Assembly: GCA_002269645.1 (NCBI GenBank)
Contig: NIVC01000995.1
Coordinates: 248,001 to 312,000 of the forward strand
Length of the DNA: 64,000 nt
Direction of reading: 5' to 3'
Source of the DNA: Macrostomum lignano
Taxonomy: Eukaryota
The first letter of the stretch is position 1. Each line of letters opens with the position of its first letter. Positions 10,813 to 23,945 of this stretch are shown here, piece by piece. The notes under the pieces are model-generated. The model did no database searches and was not told the origin of the DNA. It saw only the letters and a list, made by a program, of their open reading frames with translations. The position numbers and the translations under genes are program-made.

Positions 10813-12342
10813 CGGCAACTCGACCCGCGCTCGAAAAGGCCTGCTTGGACCTCCCTTCTTGCACGGTCCTAACCCCGTCTTAGACGGCCCCTTCGGCACC
10901 TGCTGCGTCTTCGACGTCTGGTCCCCCTTCCCCCGGCAGTTCCGGCTTCAGCAGCTAAGTTCGCCCTGAGAAGCATCATCGATATTTCCCGGCAGTGATC
11001 TAAGAGCAGCAACGACAACCGGCAGGTGAAGAGTACCGGCGGCACTCGTCAGTTAAGCATCCCATCCGAGCGCTGCGGTCTCTGTGGATTCCTTGGCTAC
11101 CGGCAGATAGGTCCTCTGATTGGTTTGGTGAGAGGCTTTCTTGACCTGCTTAACTGGGTGCGCCCTTTGTCTGACCCCTTCCTAGGTAGTCTGATAGGAT
11201 TTGCACTTTTGCTTACTTGCTTTTGTGTGCCAAACTCGAGGCAGAAGTTTCATTTAATACTAAAAGTAGCCATTCGCTCTGACTCAATCTAAGGCGTTTA
11301 GGATTGCGGATTAAGTGAGAAAGTTAAATCTGGAAGTTAAAGGCTTAATTTTTTCTTTCTTTTTCGCAATGCCAGCTGAGATGAGTGGCTAGATCTAGGG
11401 GGCAGAGGTCACAGTGGACCGGAAGCGGCACAGTTCCCAGTCAATCAGTCGTTCTCAGAAATCTTGATAAGCATGCGAATTAAGTGCCAGACTGGCGCTT
11501 TCGCGCGGTCTCAGGCAGCTAAGCGGCTAAAACGAGATAAATATTAGTCAGAAGGTCTCCAAAAGTAACAATACACCTACACCATCGCTATCTGTCGACG
11601 TGTTAACACATTTAATGCCAAAAGCGTGCAGTTGCGTGTACTTATACATGTACTTCTGGGAATTTGGTAAAGAAATAGTACATTTAGTAGTGTATAGAGG
11701 CTCGCCAGCGCAAGAACCCCCTGCAGTAGTCCTCTCTGTCCCTGCATGGCCAATGCGATCTTAGTCCCAGCAGCGTCCCTTCTATTCGGCTATGACTTCG
11801 AGATTTAGACAGCTAAAAGACACTAGATGGCAGGTAAATGCAGTGCCCCTCTAGCCGGAAGTCCGATTTCGATAGCTCCGGTATGGTGAGCCGGGGCGCA
11901 CGGACTGGTGGCAGCGGGTTAGTTAATCTGCGGATTAGCTAATCTCTACCTTTCAAATTCTCCCTGCTTGTCTCTCGCTGTCTTCTCTTAGCTATAGGAC
12001 CTTGCTGCTCGCCCACAGTCTAGCTACCATGGGGCTGACCATCTGACAGGAGTGAGAGGCCAGAGTTCTAAGTGATTCATTTCTGAGTTCTGAGGGCCCG
12101 AAGCTATAGGCTTAAAAAGGCCGAACCCATCAATAAATCATTTTTCTCCGCTGCGCCCACCCCAATTGCTCGTCCAATCACAGCGCGGCTGACGGGTGAC
12201 GTCATCAGGGTTGCAATTGATAACGGAGGTCAGGGACAAGGTACGGCCTTCAATATCACGCATCTATCACTGTCACATATCTGATCTCAGGCGTATAAAT
12301 AAGAGACTGTTTTGAGCCCTGAGCGGCTACCGTTTATGTGTA

Positions 12343-13987
12343 CAGTGGCGGCGCAGGGGGGGGGGGGGCGGGCTGCCCCCGGGTGACCACCCCTCACCAC
12401 CCTCAGGGGTGACCACCCCCAGGGGGTGACCACCCACTTAAAAAAATTGGTACTTTACCATATTTTTTCAAAAGTGTGGTCACCCCATGGGGCATGGGGG
12501 TGGTCACCTGAGACCTCAGGGGGGTGGTCACCCGGTAGGGCCTGCTGTAGGCTGTAAGGGTGGTCACCCTTTGAGGGCGAACCGCGAACTGGGCCTGGGC
12601 GATAACGAATCCTAACGATTTTGGAAAGCTGGAATGTAATTATTTTTCTTGGAAAACACCATTAGCCTAATTCATAGAATCAAAGAACTTATTACGAATA
12701 ACGTTTTTCAAAATAAATTCTAAGAATCGGGTTCTCGTTCTTTCTCGTTCTTTGCCCATCTGCACTATTGGGAGCCCATCCTGAAGGAGATCAACGTCGT
12801 TCAATAGGCTTTTCAACAGAGAGGATTGGGTCTTGACTCAACTAAGGTTCGTGTTGTTGGGCTTGAGCGCTTTTTGAATCAGTCACGAGAAGATGCTGTC
12901 AGTGATGCAGTCCATGAGGCAGAGTCCCTCTGTGAGAAAATGGGGGTCACGATGGAGAAACGCATGCCACGACGAAAGAGGATGCCAGGAGAGAACGCCA
13001 AGGATGCGGGCTTGACCCCAAAGGAAGAAATTCGAAGGCAATTACTATCATCCCCTGACAGGTTGTGTCAGGAGCTTTCTTCCAGATTTGACGCCATCAA
13101 ATCGACCTGCGATATTTTCTGCCTCATTGGCGTCCTCTTCACAAAAAGAAACATTGGAGAGGAGGTGGAAAAAGTTGTAGAGACCTTCCCCAAGGATATC
13201 TCTAAAGACCTTGAGGTCGAAGTTCATCGACTCCGAAGATTGGTGCCTAGCGAGATCAATGAGAAGTCCACTGCAGAGGAAGTGCTACAATGGGCTCTCA
13301 GGATGGAGCTACAGGATGTCCTGCCTAACCTCATTGTGCTGTTGCGGCTGTTTTTGACCTCGGCTGTGTCTGTTGCATCCTGCGAAAGAAGCTTTTCAAA
13401 GCTGAAGCTCATCAAGAGTTACCTATGGTCAACCATGTCTCAAGCTCGGCTTGATGGTCTCTCCATCCTTTCCATTGAGCAGGAAGAGGCCAAAGCTCTG
13501 GACTTCAGCAAAATCATCAATACCTTTGCCAAAAAGAAGTCCCGCCTTGGTGCACTCTAGTTCAAGTAGTATGTCGCACTCGCAGTTGCTGAAAACTGAA
13601 ATATTTCTGTCCATCAAGTCAACCTGGATCCTGATCATCTGTTGGCCCAACCGTCCAAGAGATCGACTGCACTTGTCAGGCTCAATGGGAGTGGCCATGG
13701 CCCGTGGAACCGCCTCAACTGAGGGCATGAAGATCATACGATGGAACCTGTAGGACAATCATTGGGTCATCTGAAGACTGAAGGTATTTGATTGTCTGTA
13801 AAGTATTTTTACTATGTGCTTGAAAGTATTTACATAATTACATTTAATTATTGAAGAGTTAAGGATCTTAGATCAACTTTAATGATAATTTTTTTTGATA
13901 ATTTTTTCTGGGGGTGACCACCCAGCCGGGGGGGTGACCACCCAACCACCGCCCCCCCCCCCAGCTGGAGGTCCTGCGCCGCCACTG
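12343..13987 (+). mobile_element. Internally deleted hAT DNA transposon, 1645 bp
   Basis: 15-bp TIRs CAGTGGCGGCGCAGG / CCTGCGCCGCCACTG. Perfect 8-bp TSD TATGTGTA (12335-12342 and 13988-13995). Repeated subterminal GGGTGACCACCC motifs at both ends. Confidence 0.95.
12760..13560 (+). pseudogene. hAT transposase C-terminal remnant (dimerization domain)
   Basis: LFLTSAVSVASCERSFSKLKLIKSYLWSTMSQARLDGLSILSIE is the hAT C-terminal signature. In-frame stop near 12805; N-terminal part absent. Confidence 0.9.
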
Positions 13988-14051
13988 TATGTGTAGTTCC
14001 TATACGTACATGTATACAGTACGCATCATTAGTACTACTTTTTGTTTTGGC

Positions 14052-14483
14052 TAAGGACCACTGCCTGCCACGACGCATAATTAAACTGGACTTAAACTCA
14101 AAGATCGTTTACTAGTAATTTTTAGGGGGCCAACTTCCTCAAAAATACATCGCGGATCGATAGGACAAAATCACTATTTTTGATAACACAACTCAATTGC
14201 ATTTGATATGGGGAAGTGAAGATTACCATTCTTTAATTTAACATTAACACGCAAAACATGTTGCTCTCTGTTGTATTCTGTATAGTTGTTTCGTGAAAGT
14301 TTCATTTTCATTTTTTTATTTCATGAGTCCAAGCCAAAGTTGTAAATATTCACATGTGAATTGTTTAATCAAGTACGTTTACAGTCATGTATATTTGTAA
14401 AAAAAAGTTGCATACAGGAAACTGGCCTCCAAAAATGCATGACCTTTTGAGTTTTACGTCCTGTTATACTACAGTGGTCCTTA
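14052..14483. mobile_element. Candidate ~430-bp MITE
   Basis: 12-bp inverted termini TAAGGACCACTG / CAGTGGTCCTTA around AT-rich non-coding sequence. Only a possible TA TSD. Confidence 0.4.
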
Positions 14484-15000
14484 CATAAAAGTAATGTGAC
14501 GATGCCCCGGATCATCCACGACTCGAGCATATTCGTTATTAAGTTTGCCAGGGCACCATGACCTAGCCGGAACTAGGTCCCGGCCGCGCGTCAGCCTTTA
14601 TTGTAATTGCTCTTACGCCTGTAAAATTCTTTATAAAGGAAACTAAGGGTATTAGGGAGAGTAGTAATTGCCTTACGCGTAATTTATATTAATTGCAATA
14701 TTCAGGTTTTCAGATTTTAATTAATAGATTTACAGTTAAAATGTTACGTTTTGTAACTAAAAGCTTATAAACAGCTAAAATGTATATTAGAACAAGCTAC
14801 ACAGGTCATTTTGACTAAATGTACTGAAAATGTAATTACCCAAAATTGTTAAAACACGGTATTTTTTTAATAGTCAACTTTCTTCGAATCATTCTAAGAC
14901 TTGCAGATTTACCTTGAACGGCGACACACACACACCCAACACATTATAATTAAGAAAAACTGAACCGATAATCGCTGGATCAAACCAAACCGAAATTTCA

Positions 15001-15249
15001 ATGGCACCGAACTGGAAGCTGGAAGTAGGCCGCATGTTTTGGTATGTTGCGTTTCCAATGATTTGTTTTGGCTTTGCTGCTGAACCTTACTTTGGAAACA
15101 AGATTCGAAACTATTGGAAACGAGAGTATGCCGCCTCCATCGGATACAACATACAATCGAAAGACATCACCGATGAAGAATTTCAAAACATTTTGCAAAA
15201 ACGACATGATGAAGTGACGTCTTTGCATAAAGAGCTTCATAAGAAGTAG
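15001..15249 (+). CDS. PET100: PET100 homolog, mitochondrial cytochrome c oxidase assembly factor, 82 aa, single exon
   Basis: N-terminal WKLEVGRMFWYVAFPMICF matches the PET100 pattern (KLEIFRMIIYLTFPVAMF in human, recalled). One TM segment, charged C-terminus, appropriate length. Confidence 0.8.
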   Translation: MAPNWKLEVGRMFWYVAFPMICFGFAAEPYFGNKIRNYWKREYAASIGYNIQSKDITDEEFQNILQKRHDEVTSLHKELHKK

Positions 15250-16499
15250 GCCCTGTCTTAAATTCATAAACCATGAGATTTAACATAGACTAGCATAGTC
15301 ACTAGCCTAATCATGAGGCCTAGTGTTATTAACTATAACTGTAATCTGCAACACTGTCTACTGGTAAGGACTTAGATTTTGTTTTAACCTTCAAGTCAAT
15401 CAGTTAGTTGAATAGTTGGCCTACCTATAGCTATAGCTATAGCTGTGTCTAGGATTCAATCAAAAAAAATAAATATATTCTATCTACAAGTAGCAACTTA
15501 ATAATTTTCTTAATGAGCAATTAGCTAATCCCTATTGAATATTGTAACCAAGGGAAACCAGTTGGTGTACTGGAATATTTGTCTGTTTGCTAGGACCTAA
15601 TAATTAATTTTATTGTAAACAAAAAACCTAAATTAAAAAGTTTGATAATCTTTTTAAAAAGTGCAAAAGTTTAATGCATGAAAGCTTGTTTAATTGAATG
15701 TATTATATAGTATTAGGCACAATTCTAATATGCATACTTTAATCCTATATACTAGAGTGATTCTGCCATGATATTGATAGATTAGAGAAAAATGGCTTAA
15801 CCAATTTTCATGAGACTTGCACTGCTCACACATGCGCAATAGTTGGCTGAGTCGGCCGATCTGGTTGACCAATTTGGCAGCCAACCAAGGAAGTCGCAAA
15901 AATTCCCACCAGAAAAAGTACCAGTGTAATACTAAGTAGCTGATGAGGCATTTTGACTTAATAAAACAGTTAAAGTTACTCCTGCCATTTACCCAAAATT
16001 GCGTTAATTTTGCATTAGGGCATTAGGCCAAAAACTAGGCCTACGTCACATTTTTGTTAAAACTAAGTTGCATGGCCGACCAAATTTTGGAGGTTGTGCA
16101 TGTATTGCACTGCTCAATCAGAAATTTTCCCGTGATGGTACATATGTCTTGGCTAAGAAATTGCTCAATGCTAAAGGGATTAAATATGCAAAAAGCATGC
16201 TTTTTTGCAAAGGTCAAGCAAACTTTTTGACTTGAAATGCATCATAAGAATGTTTGAGAAAAAAGTGACTAGTTGAATTCTGATTCTAAAATAGATTGCA
16301 TCAGTTTGAATTGTAACTCTGACTTGAATTGAAAATGCAATGTGGAAGCATAGCAGCAGACTTGTATAAGTCCTAAAGATCATGTTATCAAAACAATGAG
16401 AGCTAGCCTAGAGGTAAACAGACTGAACTGCTAAATGCAGGGACGATGGTTCAAATTTTTAGAGAGTAGTGTTTTTTTAATTAAATCTTTTTAATGCTA

Positions 16500-18030
16500 A
16501 AAAAACTGAAAAATCATGGAAGTGTCATGTAAAAAATCATAAAAGTGTCATGTAAAAAATCATAGAAGCATCATGAAAAAATCATAGAAGCATCATGTAA
16601 ATAATCATAAAAGCATCATGTAAAAGATCATAGAAGTGTCATATAAAAAATCATAGAAGTGTCATGTAAAAATCATAGAAGCATCATGTAGACAATCATA
16701 GAAGTGTTATATAAAAATCATAAAAGCGTCATATAAAAAATCATAGAAGAATCATGTAAACAATCATAGAAGCATCATGAAAAAAATCATAGAAGCATCA
16801 TCAAAAAGTCATAGAAGCCTTATATAAAAAGTAATGGAAGTGTCATTTAAAAAATCATAGAAGTGTCAGGTAAACAATCATAGAAATGTCATGTAAAAAA
16901 TCATAGAAGCATCATGGAAGAATAAAATAAGTGTCATATAAAAATCAAAAGAAGCATCATGTCAGCCATGAGTGTCATGTAAAAATTAAATGAAGCTATA
17001 GTGCTATGCTAGGGAGAAGTACTGAGATGTCAAGGCTCATAGAGAATAACTGAGATTACGGAGGGGGGGGGGTTTCTGAGATGTCAAAGCAAAAGTCAGA
17101 AGCTACTTCAAAGTATATGTACTTTACTTAATTTTTTTATTACATTCTTTGTTGGCTCGCCATAGGGGGGGGGGCACTGATAGAAGAAAAGTCATGTAAA
17201 AAAGAAAAGAAATACTATGTATACATTTGAGATTCATAGATTCATTTGAGAATTGCTACAACGTCAAAGCTGGGAGGGAATCGTTATAGTGCTGTGATTC
17301 TTAAAGAAGGAATCACTAAAATGTCAAGGCTTAGGGGAGAAGAATTGCTGAGATTTCAAGGCTTTAGGTTGGGTTAAAGTTAGGTTTAGGTCAGGTTTGG
17401 GTTGAAGGTTAGATTTTAGCAGGTTTCAAGGTTAACAGGGGATTTTTTAGATTTCAAAGTTTATGGGGGCATCACTGACATGTCAAGGCTTATAAGGGGG
17501 ATGGCTAAAATGTCAAGGCTCACGGGAGAATAAATGAGATGTCAAGGCTAAAGTCAGAAGCTACATGTAGTTTATTGAAAACTTTTTATTACATTATTTG
17601 TTGGCTCCTCATGGGAGGGATCGCTGATAGAAAAAGTATAATGTAAAAAATAAAAGAAGCTTCATGTCAAAGTTAAGAGATTCATTTGGGAATCTCTATT
17701 ATGTCAAGGCTTGCAGGGAATCGCTATAATGCTATAGTAGTGCTATAATGACTCTTAGAGAGAATTACTAAAATGTCAATGCTTTAGGGTTAGGGTTAGG
17801 CTAGGGTTAGAAAGTAGACAGATTTTTTTAAGATTTCAAGGCTTATGGGGGCATCACTAAGATGTCAAGGGGGGAGTTGATATGTTAAGGCTTGTGGGGG
17901 GAATTGCTGACATGTCAAGGCTTACAAGGGACTGCTGGGGTAAAAGGCAAAGAGACGCTATATATAGTTTATTAAAAACAACTTGTGCTGCATCTTTTTG
18001 GCTCCCCAATAGGGGGCACTGATTGCTAGT
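16500..18030 (+). mobile_element. Modular dispersed repeat, copy A (Helitron-like, inferred), with ~22-bp minisatellite 16510-16990 and TTAGGG-like patches
   Basis: (AAAAATCATAGAAGTGTCATGT)-type array, then GAGATGTCAAGGCT modules and TTAGGG-like runs (~17365-17415, ~17785-17810). Ends CTCCCCAATAGGGGGCACTGATTGCTAG|T. Modules are shared with 32955-34615 and, inverted, 39005-39200. Confidence 0.6.
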
Positions 18031-21000
18031 GTTATCTATTGGAGTATGCCTAACTATTTAGAATTTATTATAAGTCTTAAAACATTTTATGACTTATTAA
18101 TTTTATATGTTGGGTATGCTTTTGCAAAAAAACAATGCTTTTACAAAAACATTAAATGAATTTTTACAATTTTTATTGTATTTATACAATACAAGAATTC
18201 TATTCAAGGCCTAGTGGCCTAAAAATATAAAATCTATTTTTATAGATTCTATTGATAAGAAAATTGTTTTTCATATTGGTATAGATGGAAAAGAATTAGT
18301 AAGCAATCAAACAAAAAAACAATTAGCAATAAAGGGTACAGGCTTTGTTTTATGGATTGACCAACCATTTTTTCATGCATGATTATAATGAGACCATGCA
18401 TGAAACTGTGTGACCATGATTTTTTATAACATACATTTTAATTTGAACATAGAACTATTATTACTAATAGTACCATGTCTAGTAATTTTATTGATTTTTA
18501 GTTTGTTTTATCATGTTTATTGTTTAACCATATTTATTATGTGGCTTTGTTATATCTATGCTGACTTGTTGCAATTTTAATTTGCTTTTCACAATTGCTT
18601 CATACCCTAGTCAATATAATAAAGGAAATTGACTGGATTCATCTAACACTTTCTGTCTGATACTTAGTTTGCTTATTATACTTTGCATTTACTAACTCTA
18701 ATGCTTAGAAAGGTTAATTTTATTGTTATTAATGCTTTATAGTATATTATACTGACGTAGAAAGGAAGGTTTAATTCACAAAATTAAAAAATTGTGATTG
18801 GCAAAAGACCTGCATGTTTTTTTTATTTGTGATCACATTTTTGTAATTGTGGCCATGATCATGGTCAATTCCTACTTTGTTTCCTACAATTCCTACTTTG
18901 GGGCTACCCACTTGAATAAATATCTGACATAGTTTGACTTATTATAGTTGCATGGCTAGTGTAATTTTACTATTCATTCAATAATTTTACATGTTGTGTA
19001 TATATGAATTAAGTGATTTATCTTTTATGCTAGATTTCTTGTTTTTAGATTTAGATTTAAATTTATAAAAAACATATGCCTTAAACTTATTTACCAAATT
19101 TTTTTATATAGTCTCTAATATTTAACTTTTTAACTTTAGACCTAAAATTTATAAAAAATGGTAAAGTTAAAAGCTTTGGTTTGAATAATATTAAGTAATC
19201 TATAAAATTGTGTTTGAATATTATTTAAGACTATAGTATAATACTGTTTGGCCTAAAATAAATTTAATAAAAAAGAATTCAGCTTCAAATGATCTATTTT
19301 GTTCTTATTAACAATGGGAATATAATGCCTAGGGGGGCAGTTGGGTATTAACCACTTCTTTCCCCCAGCCCTATTGGAATAAGTGGACAAAAGGTGTCCA
19401 ACTGTTTCACAATTTTGTAATTTTCTAGTATTGTATTGTGGCTGGAGTTAAAGCAGGTGGTGTTGCAGCACAGTGCAGTTTTGGGTAAATGGCAATAGTA
19501 ACTACGACTGTCTTATTAAGGCTCAATGCCTCATTATCTAATAAGTACTATGTTGCATCATGCTATGTTAGCATTGTACAATGCTATCAATGTTATGCTA
19601 TCTATGTTGCATCATATTTTTGAGCTACTATTTTAGACCCCATGTCCCGCATCTGCAGGTTTTCTACACTTATTCCAATAGGGTCTCCCATTGAATTTTA
19701 GAAATAGGGCAATGTAATATGCTAAAATCTCAAAATGTATGTGCTTGAAATTTTTTCTATGGGGCCACTCCCTCCACCCCAAGGATAAGAGGGTGGTCAC
19801 CTGGAGGCTATAGCCCCACTGTCCCACCTGTGCTGCCATTGCTCATTAATTTTTTATTCACTTTTATAAAATTGGATAAACCTAAGAAAATATTCATATA
19901 GATGCCTTACATGCAAAGATATAATACAAGGGGGTTTCATAAGTCCTTTCCCTTTTGAATATAGCTTAGACTATAAAGGTATATTTGTAAAAGTTGTTTA
20001 AACTGATATTAGAACTTTCAACTTTTTTATTATTTAAAACAGACTTATAGTTTTTTATTTGATAAAGTTATAAAACAAGAGCTAATGTTTGTAATCACTA
20101 AGACATTAACCCAAAAATTCTTACAACCTAACACCTATCACCTAGACATAAAAAACTAGCTATGTTAAAAGATTCTAATATGCTATCTTTACTGAATAGG
20201 GGGTTGTCCTTGTAGGAAAATCTGAACTTGCATGGTAATTTTGCTTAAAAAAGTATATTGTTTTTAGCTCTAATGAAGTCTATTTTTAATTTTATTTTTT
20301 AGGTACCTCCAAGTCTCTATACTATTCATTCTACAACTGGAGATTCTGCCATGTCCAATAAAACCAAACCAACCAAGCCTTCTAATATTTTGACACTGTC
20401 TCTACCAAAAGAAATTACCTGTTTCATCCAATAAAATATGCTATTTACTAGTATTGTAGAAATCACTAGTTCTGTTAGGGCCTATAAGGGCCCAAACTAA
20501 ACCTTGATTGCTTTATTAAGTTAAACTGCTTTTGAACTTCACAGGATTGTATAAGAACTAAGATAACTTTTATAAAATACTCTTGGGTCTGTGTTTCCCT
20601 CCTAATTTTGTAAATATGTTTTTCACTTAATACCTGTATTGATAGTTGCATTACTATCAGTAGTACTATTAGTAGTAAGTTTTGCTTGCAATTGTTCATT
20701 GGTATTTGGTTTAAATAGCCATGAAAATGATAATCTGTTCTGAGTGATGAAAAATAACCGAAGCTATAAGCTGCTTTCAATAAAACATTGTTATTGTCAC
20801 TTGGACTGAGAGTACTTTGCTTTTCAAGTGAGTACTTTAGAGATATCATCGCTACTATGGTTGAAATTTGCCATTTCTTGAAAAATACCTGATGGCTGTC
20901 ACTTTTGCTTCTTTTTCTCGGATAGTAAGACTTTGTGTTATCTGTACTGTTGTGTGCGGGGCTGCGAGCTTTGATGTATGGCCACTGTGTGTGTCTCCAG

Positions 21001-23554
21001 GTAGAACTTTAAACATCCCGCACTTAGCAGTATTGCAGTGTCATGGCCAAATGTCACATGGACGCAGAAAAAGTAAAAGAAAATGGCGTAGTGGGAAGAA
21101 AGAAAAACTTTTTCAGTCAGCTTCACGGGACTGCATGCAGGAACGATTGGTATTGTACGAGTTAGAATGATATGCATCCAAGGCTGGCCTGCACTGCATG
21201 ATGATGGAGCACCAGGTGCTATTGATTTCAGACGCCAAAATATATTTAGCTACTATACTGTTATGGCTGCTGTGTTATATATGTAGATATTTGTGTGTAG
21301 AGACTGTGTTTTCTGTTATACGTAGATACGTAGCCATACTTTTCCATGACGGTTCGTTCGCAAAGTTTCTGAGCACAATTACATCTCCATGAGGTTCGAC
21401 GCTTTGGAGCATGTAAACTGCCTCTGAATGAGAGTGTACGGAATGTAAAGTTTAATTCTTACTGTCTCGTGTCTTCCTATAAGTGGCTTTGTTCTTTCCA
21501 GTCTTTCAGTCTCGAAATCCATCCTCTGCTAGAAAGATCCCCCTCTTTTACCATCTGCATCAATTCTCACCTTTCTAATTTAGCTCTGTTCTTATTTCAT
21601 TTTTATCTGACTGACCTGTCTACCTGTCCCAGATTGATATGCATCCCTGCATTCGTAGATATCTGATTGCATGAGTACAGTGCTCGTGCGACTGCTGGTC
21701 TGCCTGATAAGGAGATTGCGTTAAATTTTGCATCAAATTTGCACTTCTGCGCGTGGCGTCACCAAGCGCTCGCTCCGTAAGCAAATTTACAGGGGGAGTC
21801 GCTGGAAAAGACGCTAATACCTGCGCACTAGAGTCATAGGCTCGTCCTGAGGAGTTGGAGGCTCACCTGTCAAGCCGCGGACATATTCATAGTTAAGCTT
21901 ATTATTGGCTTTATGGGCTTGAAATCCATTATCAAAGGCATGTCAACTTAATCGCCGGAATGAAGCCTGTAGTTAAGCTTCAGACCAAACTACCTGTACT
22001 TAGTAAAAGGTTGGTTCAGTTGACTATCTCTAGGGAGGGACCTGGATGGGATGTCACGGTATTTTAATCTTCTGGCCTGGAGCTGTACTTTGGGTTCAAA
22101 TCAGTACCTAAGCTAACATCCTCTTTAACGACTATGGACGCGGGTGGTTCTTTCAAGTCTAGGTTGCTATAGCAGGTGATCCAAACGACATGGCTCAGTT
22201 AAAAGGATCTTCAATACTCGTATAGCTAGGAGTAAGTATGTTACAAAAGAGCTCTTTCACAGATAATTGACCAGTACAGCTAGACCGACCGGCCGGGTAC
22301 ATATCGGGCATTAACACATTTACGAGAGCGTATACTTGTAACTTGGCGGCTCGGCGGGCCAGAAAATACTGGCCCGAGCATTTCGACTCGAGTCCGGTCG
22401 GGCCTCTAGAAATCGGGACAGCTCAGTTATTTAACGAAGCTTACAAAGAGACTATAATTATATTTTGCAATATATAATTACAGATGTATATGCAAATAAA
22501 ATAAACAGATAAATAGAATTTATATACATGTACATTTTTAAGTTAATAAACCAGAGCTAGCCTAAAAATGATAATTGCATATAGATATAGAAATTCACAA
22601 AAAAGACTTGTCCCGAATTCCCCGACTTTTTAAGTCGGGTCATGATTTTGTTCGGGATTCCCGATTTTTTCGGGCCTAGGGCAGGCCGTGCCCTTCTTGT
22701 ATCTTTTAGCTAGTCCTGAATGCATGGTACATGTCTTAAAAATACTGCCTAATTCAGAATACAACTATTCAGACATGATTTATGACTACGAGTATACTAC
22801 TCAGACTAAGCATCAGTTAATTAATAGTGAACGCGGGCTCTCAACACATTGTAGTTTGTAACCGCGAAATCCTGTGTTCATTGCACTATATTATGCAGCA
22901 GCCTTCTGTCAAACGAGGAGCCTAATTCAGTTTTGAGTCATTTTGAGTAGCCTTTTCTTTTTCCTGCTCTTAGTTGGCTTTTTGGCTGCTTCTTTGACGG
23001 AAGCACGGTTCGAAACTCTTAAATATCGTCAAAGGAGTTGGGCGGCTCCCGCCTCTCGGCCGTGCTGCCGCGTTCCTGTCGCTGCATATAGCATTTCCTC
23101 TCAGCTGCCAGCAGCCGAAATGAGCAACCACTGACAAACGAGCACTGGGTGCAGCTGGCAATGCGGGGGTCCTGCATCTGGGTCTTCTAAGAGAAATTTT
23201 AATAACCAGCATGACTTAAAAATTGTTTACGACTGTAATCACAGCTGTTGCTTTTCGCTTTCAGCCTTTTTCCTGTCTCTGTTCGCATTTTGGTTCCTCC
23301 TGATGATCATATGCAAGATTTTAAAATCGTGGAGCATCAATAAAACGTATGACTAATTAATGATGGATATTTTATGAGTAGATGTCAGTAATGAGATAAA
23401 TCATATAGTAGCTATTTGAAATCTTAAAAGCTATACGCTGTTTATTAGCTGTTTTCAAAGTATTAATTTTAATGTGTTATAAATGATCGTTGCCTTGCCC
23501 TACGTTGGTAAGTCCAATGTACGCTCGTACCAAGGTTGGGGGTCAGCACACTAC

Positions 23555-23945
23555 AGAACAGAACAGTGACGCCAGCACACTATAACTGAATGAATGATAT
23601 GGTAGAAATATCCCTCAAAATGAAATGATTCGCAGTAGGGTTGCGCAGCCACACTGGCGCAACGCCTTTGTCGACGCGTCGTCCCTCGACCAGCGCTGAG
23701 GAAATTCTGCCCATTCCACTGACTCCTGAGCACTTATAAGCACGCCAACACTTTACGCAGGCACGCTCACACAGGGTGTACAGCGGCCCTGACTTTCTAA
23801 TCGTCAGGCATGTACACTCTCTGTGCCTTTGGCTCATAAGTGTGGATCGCAAGACAACCCCAGCAAATTTTCGTGCCCACTCCAAAATGAATGTTTGCGT
23901 ACGGAATCGATCCAGCGGTCGCGACGTGTTATACATGTAGCTTGG
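23555..23945 (-). mobile_element. tRNA-derived SINE family A, diverged copy
   Basis: Shares core GTACAGCGGCCCTGACTTT...GGCATGTACACT..CTGTGCCTT with four other copies. B-box-like GGATCGATTCC on the - strand. Confidence 0.7.

Noticed and set aside
20868-21400. Coding-like stretch (…GWPALHDDGAPGAIDFRRQNIFSYY…)
   Set aside because: Multiple stops in the frame, and the resemblance to a Harbinger GAIDG motif is too weak. A tBLASTx search would settle it.
22943-23134. Short ORF with signal-peptide-like N-terminus
   Set aside because: Starts at TTG with no in-frame ATG; hydrophobicity derives from a T-rich tract; no convincing neuropeptide cleavage pattern.
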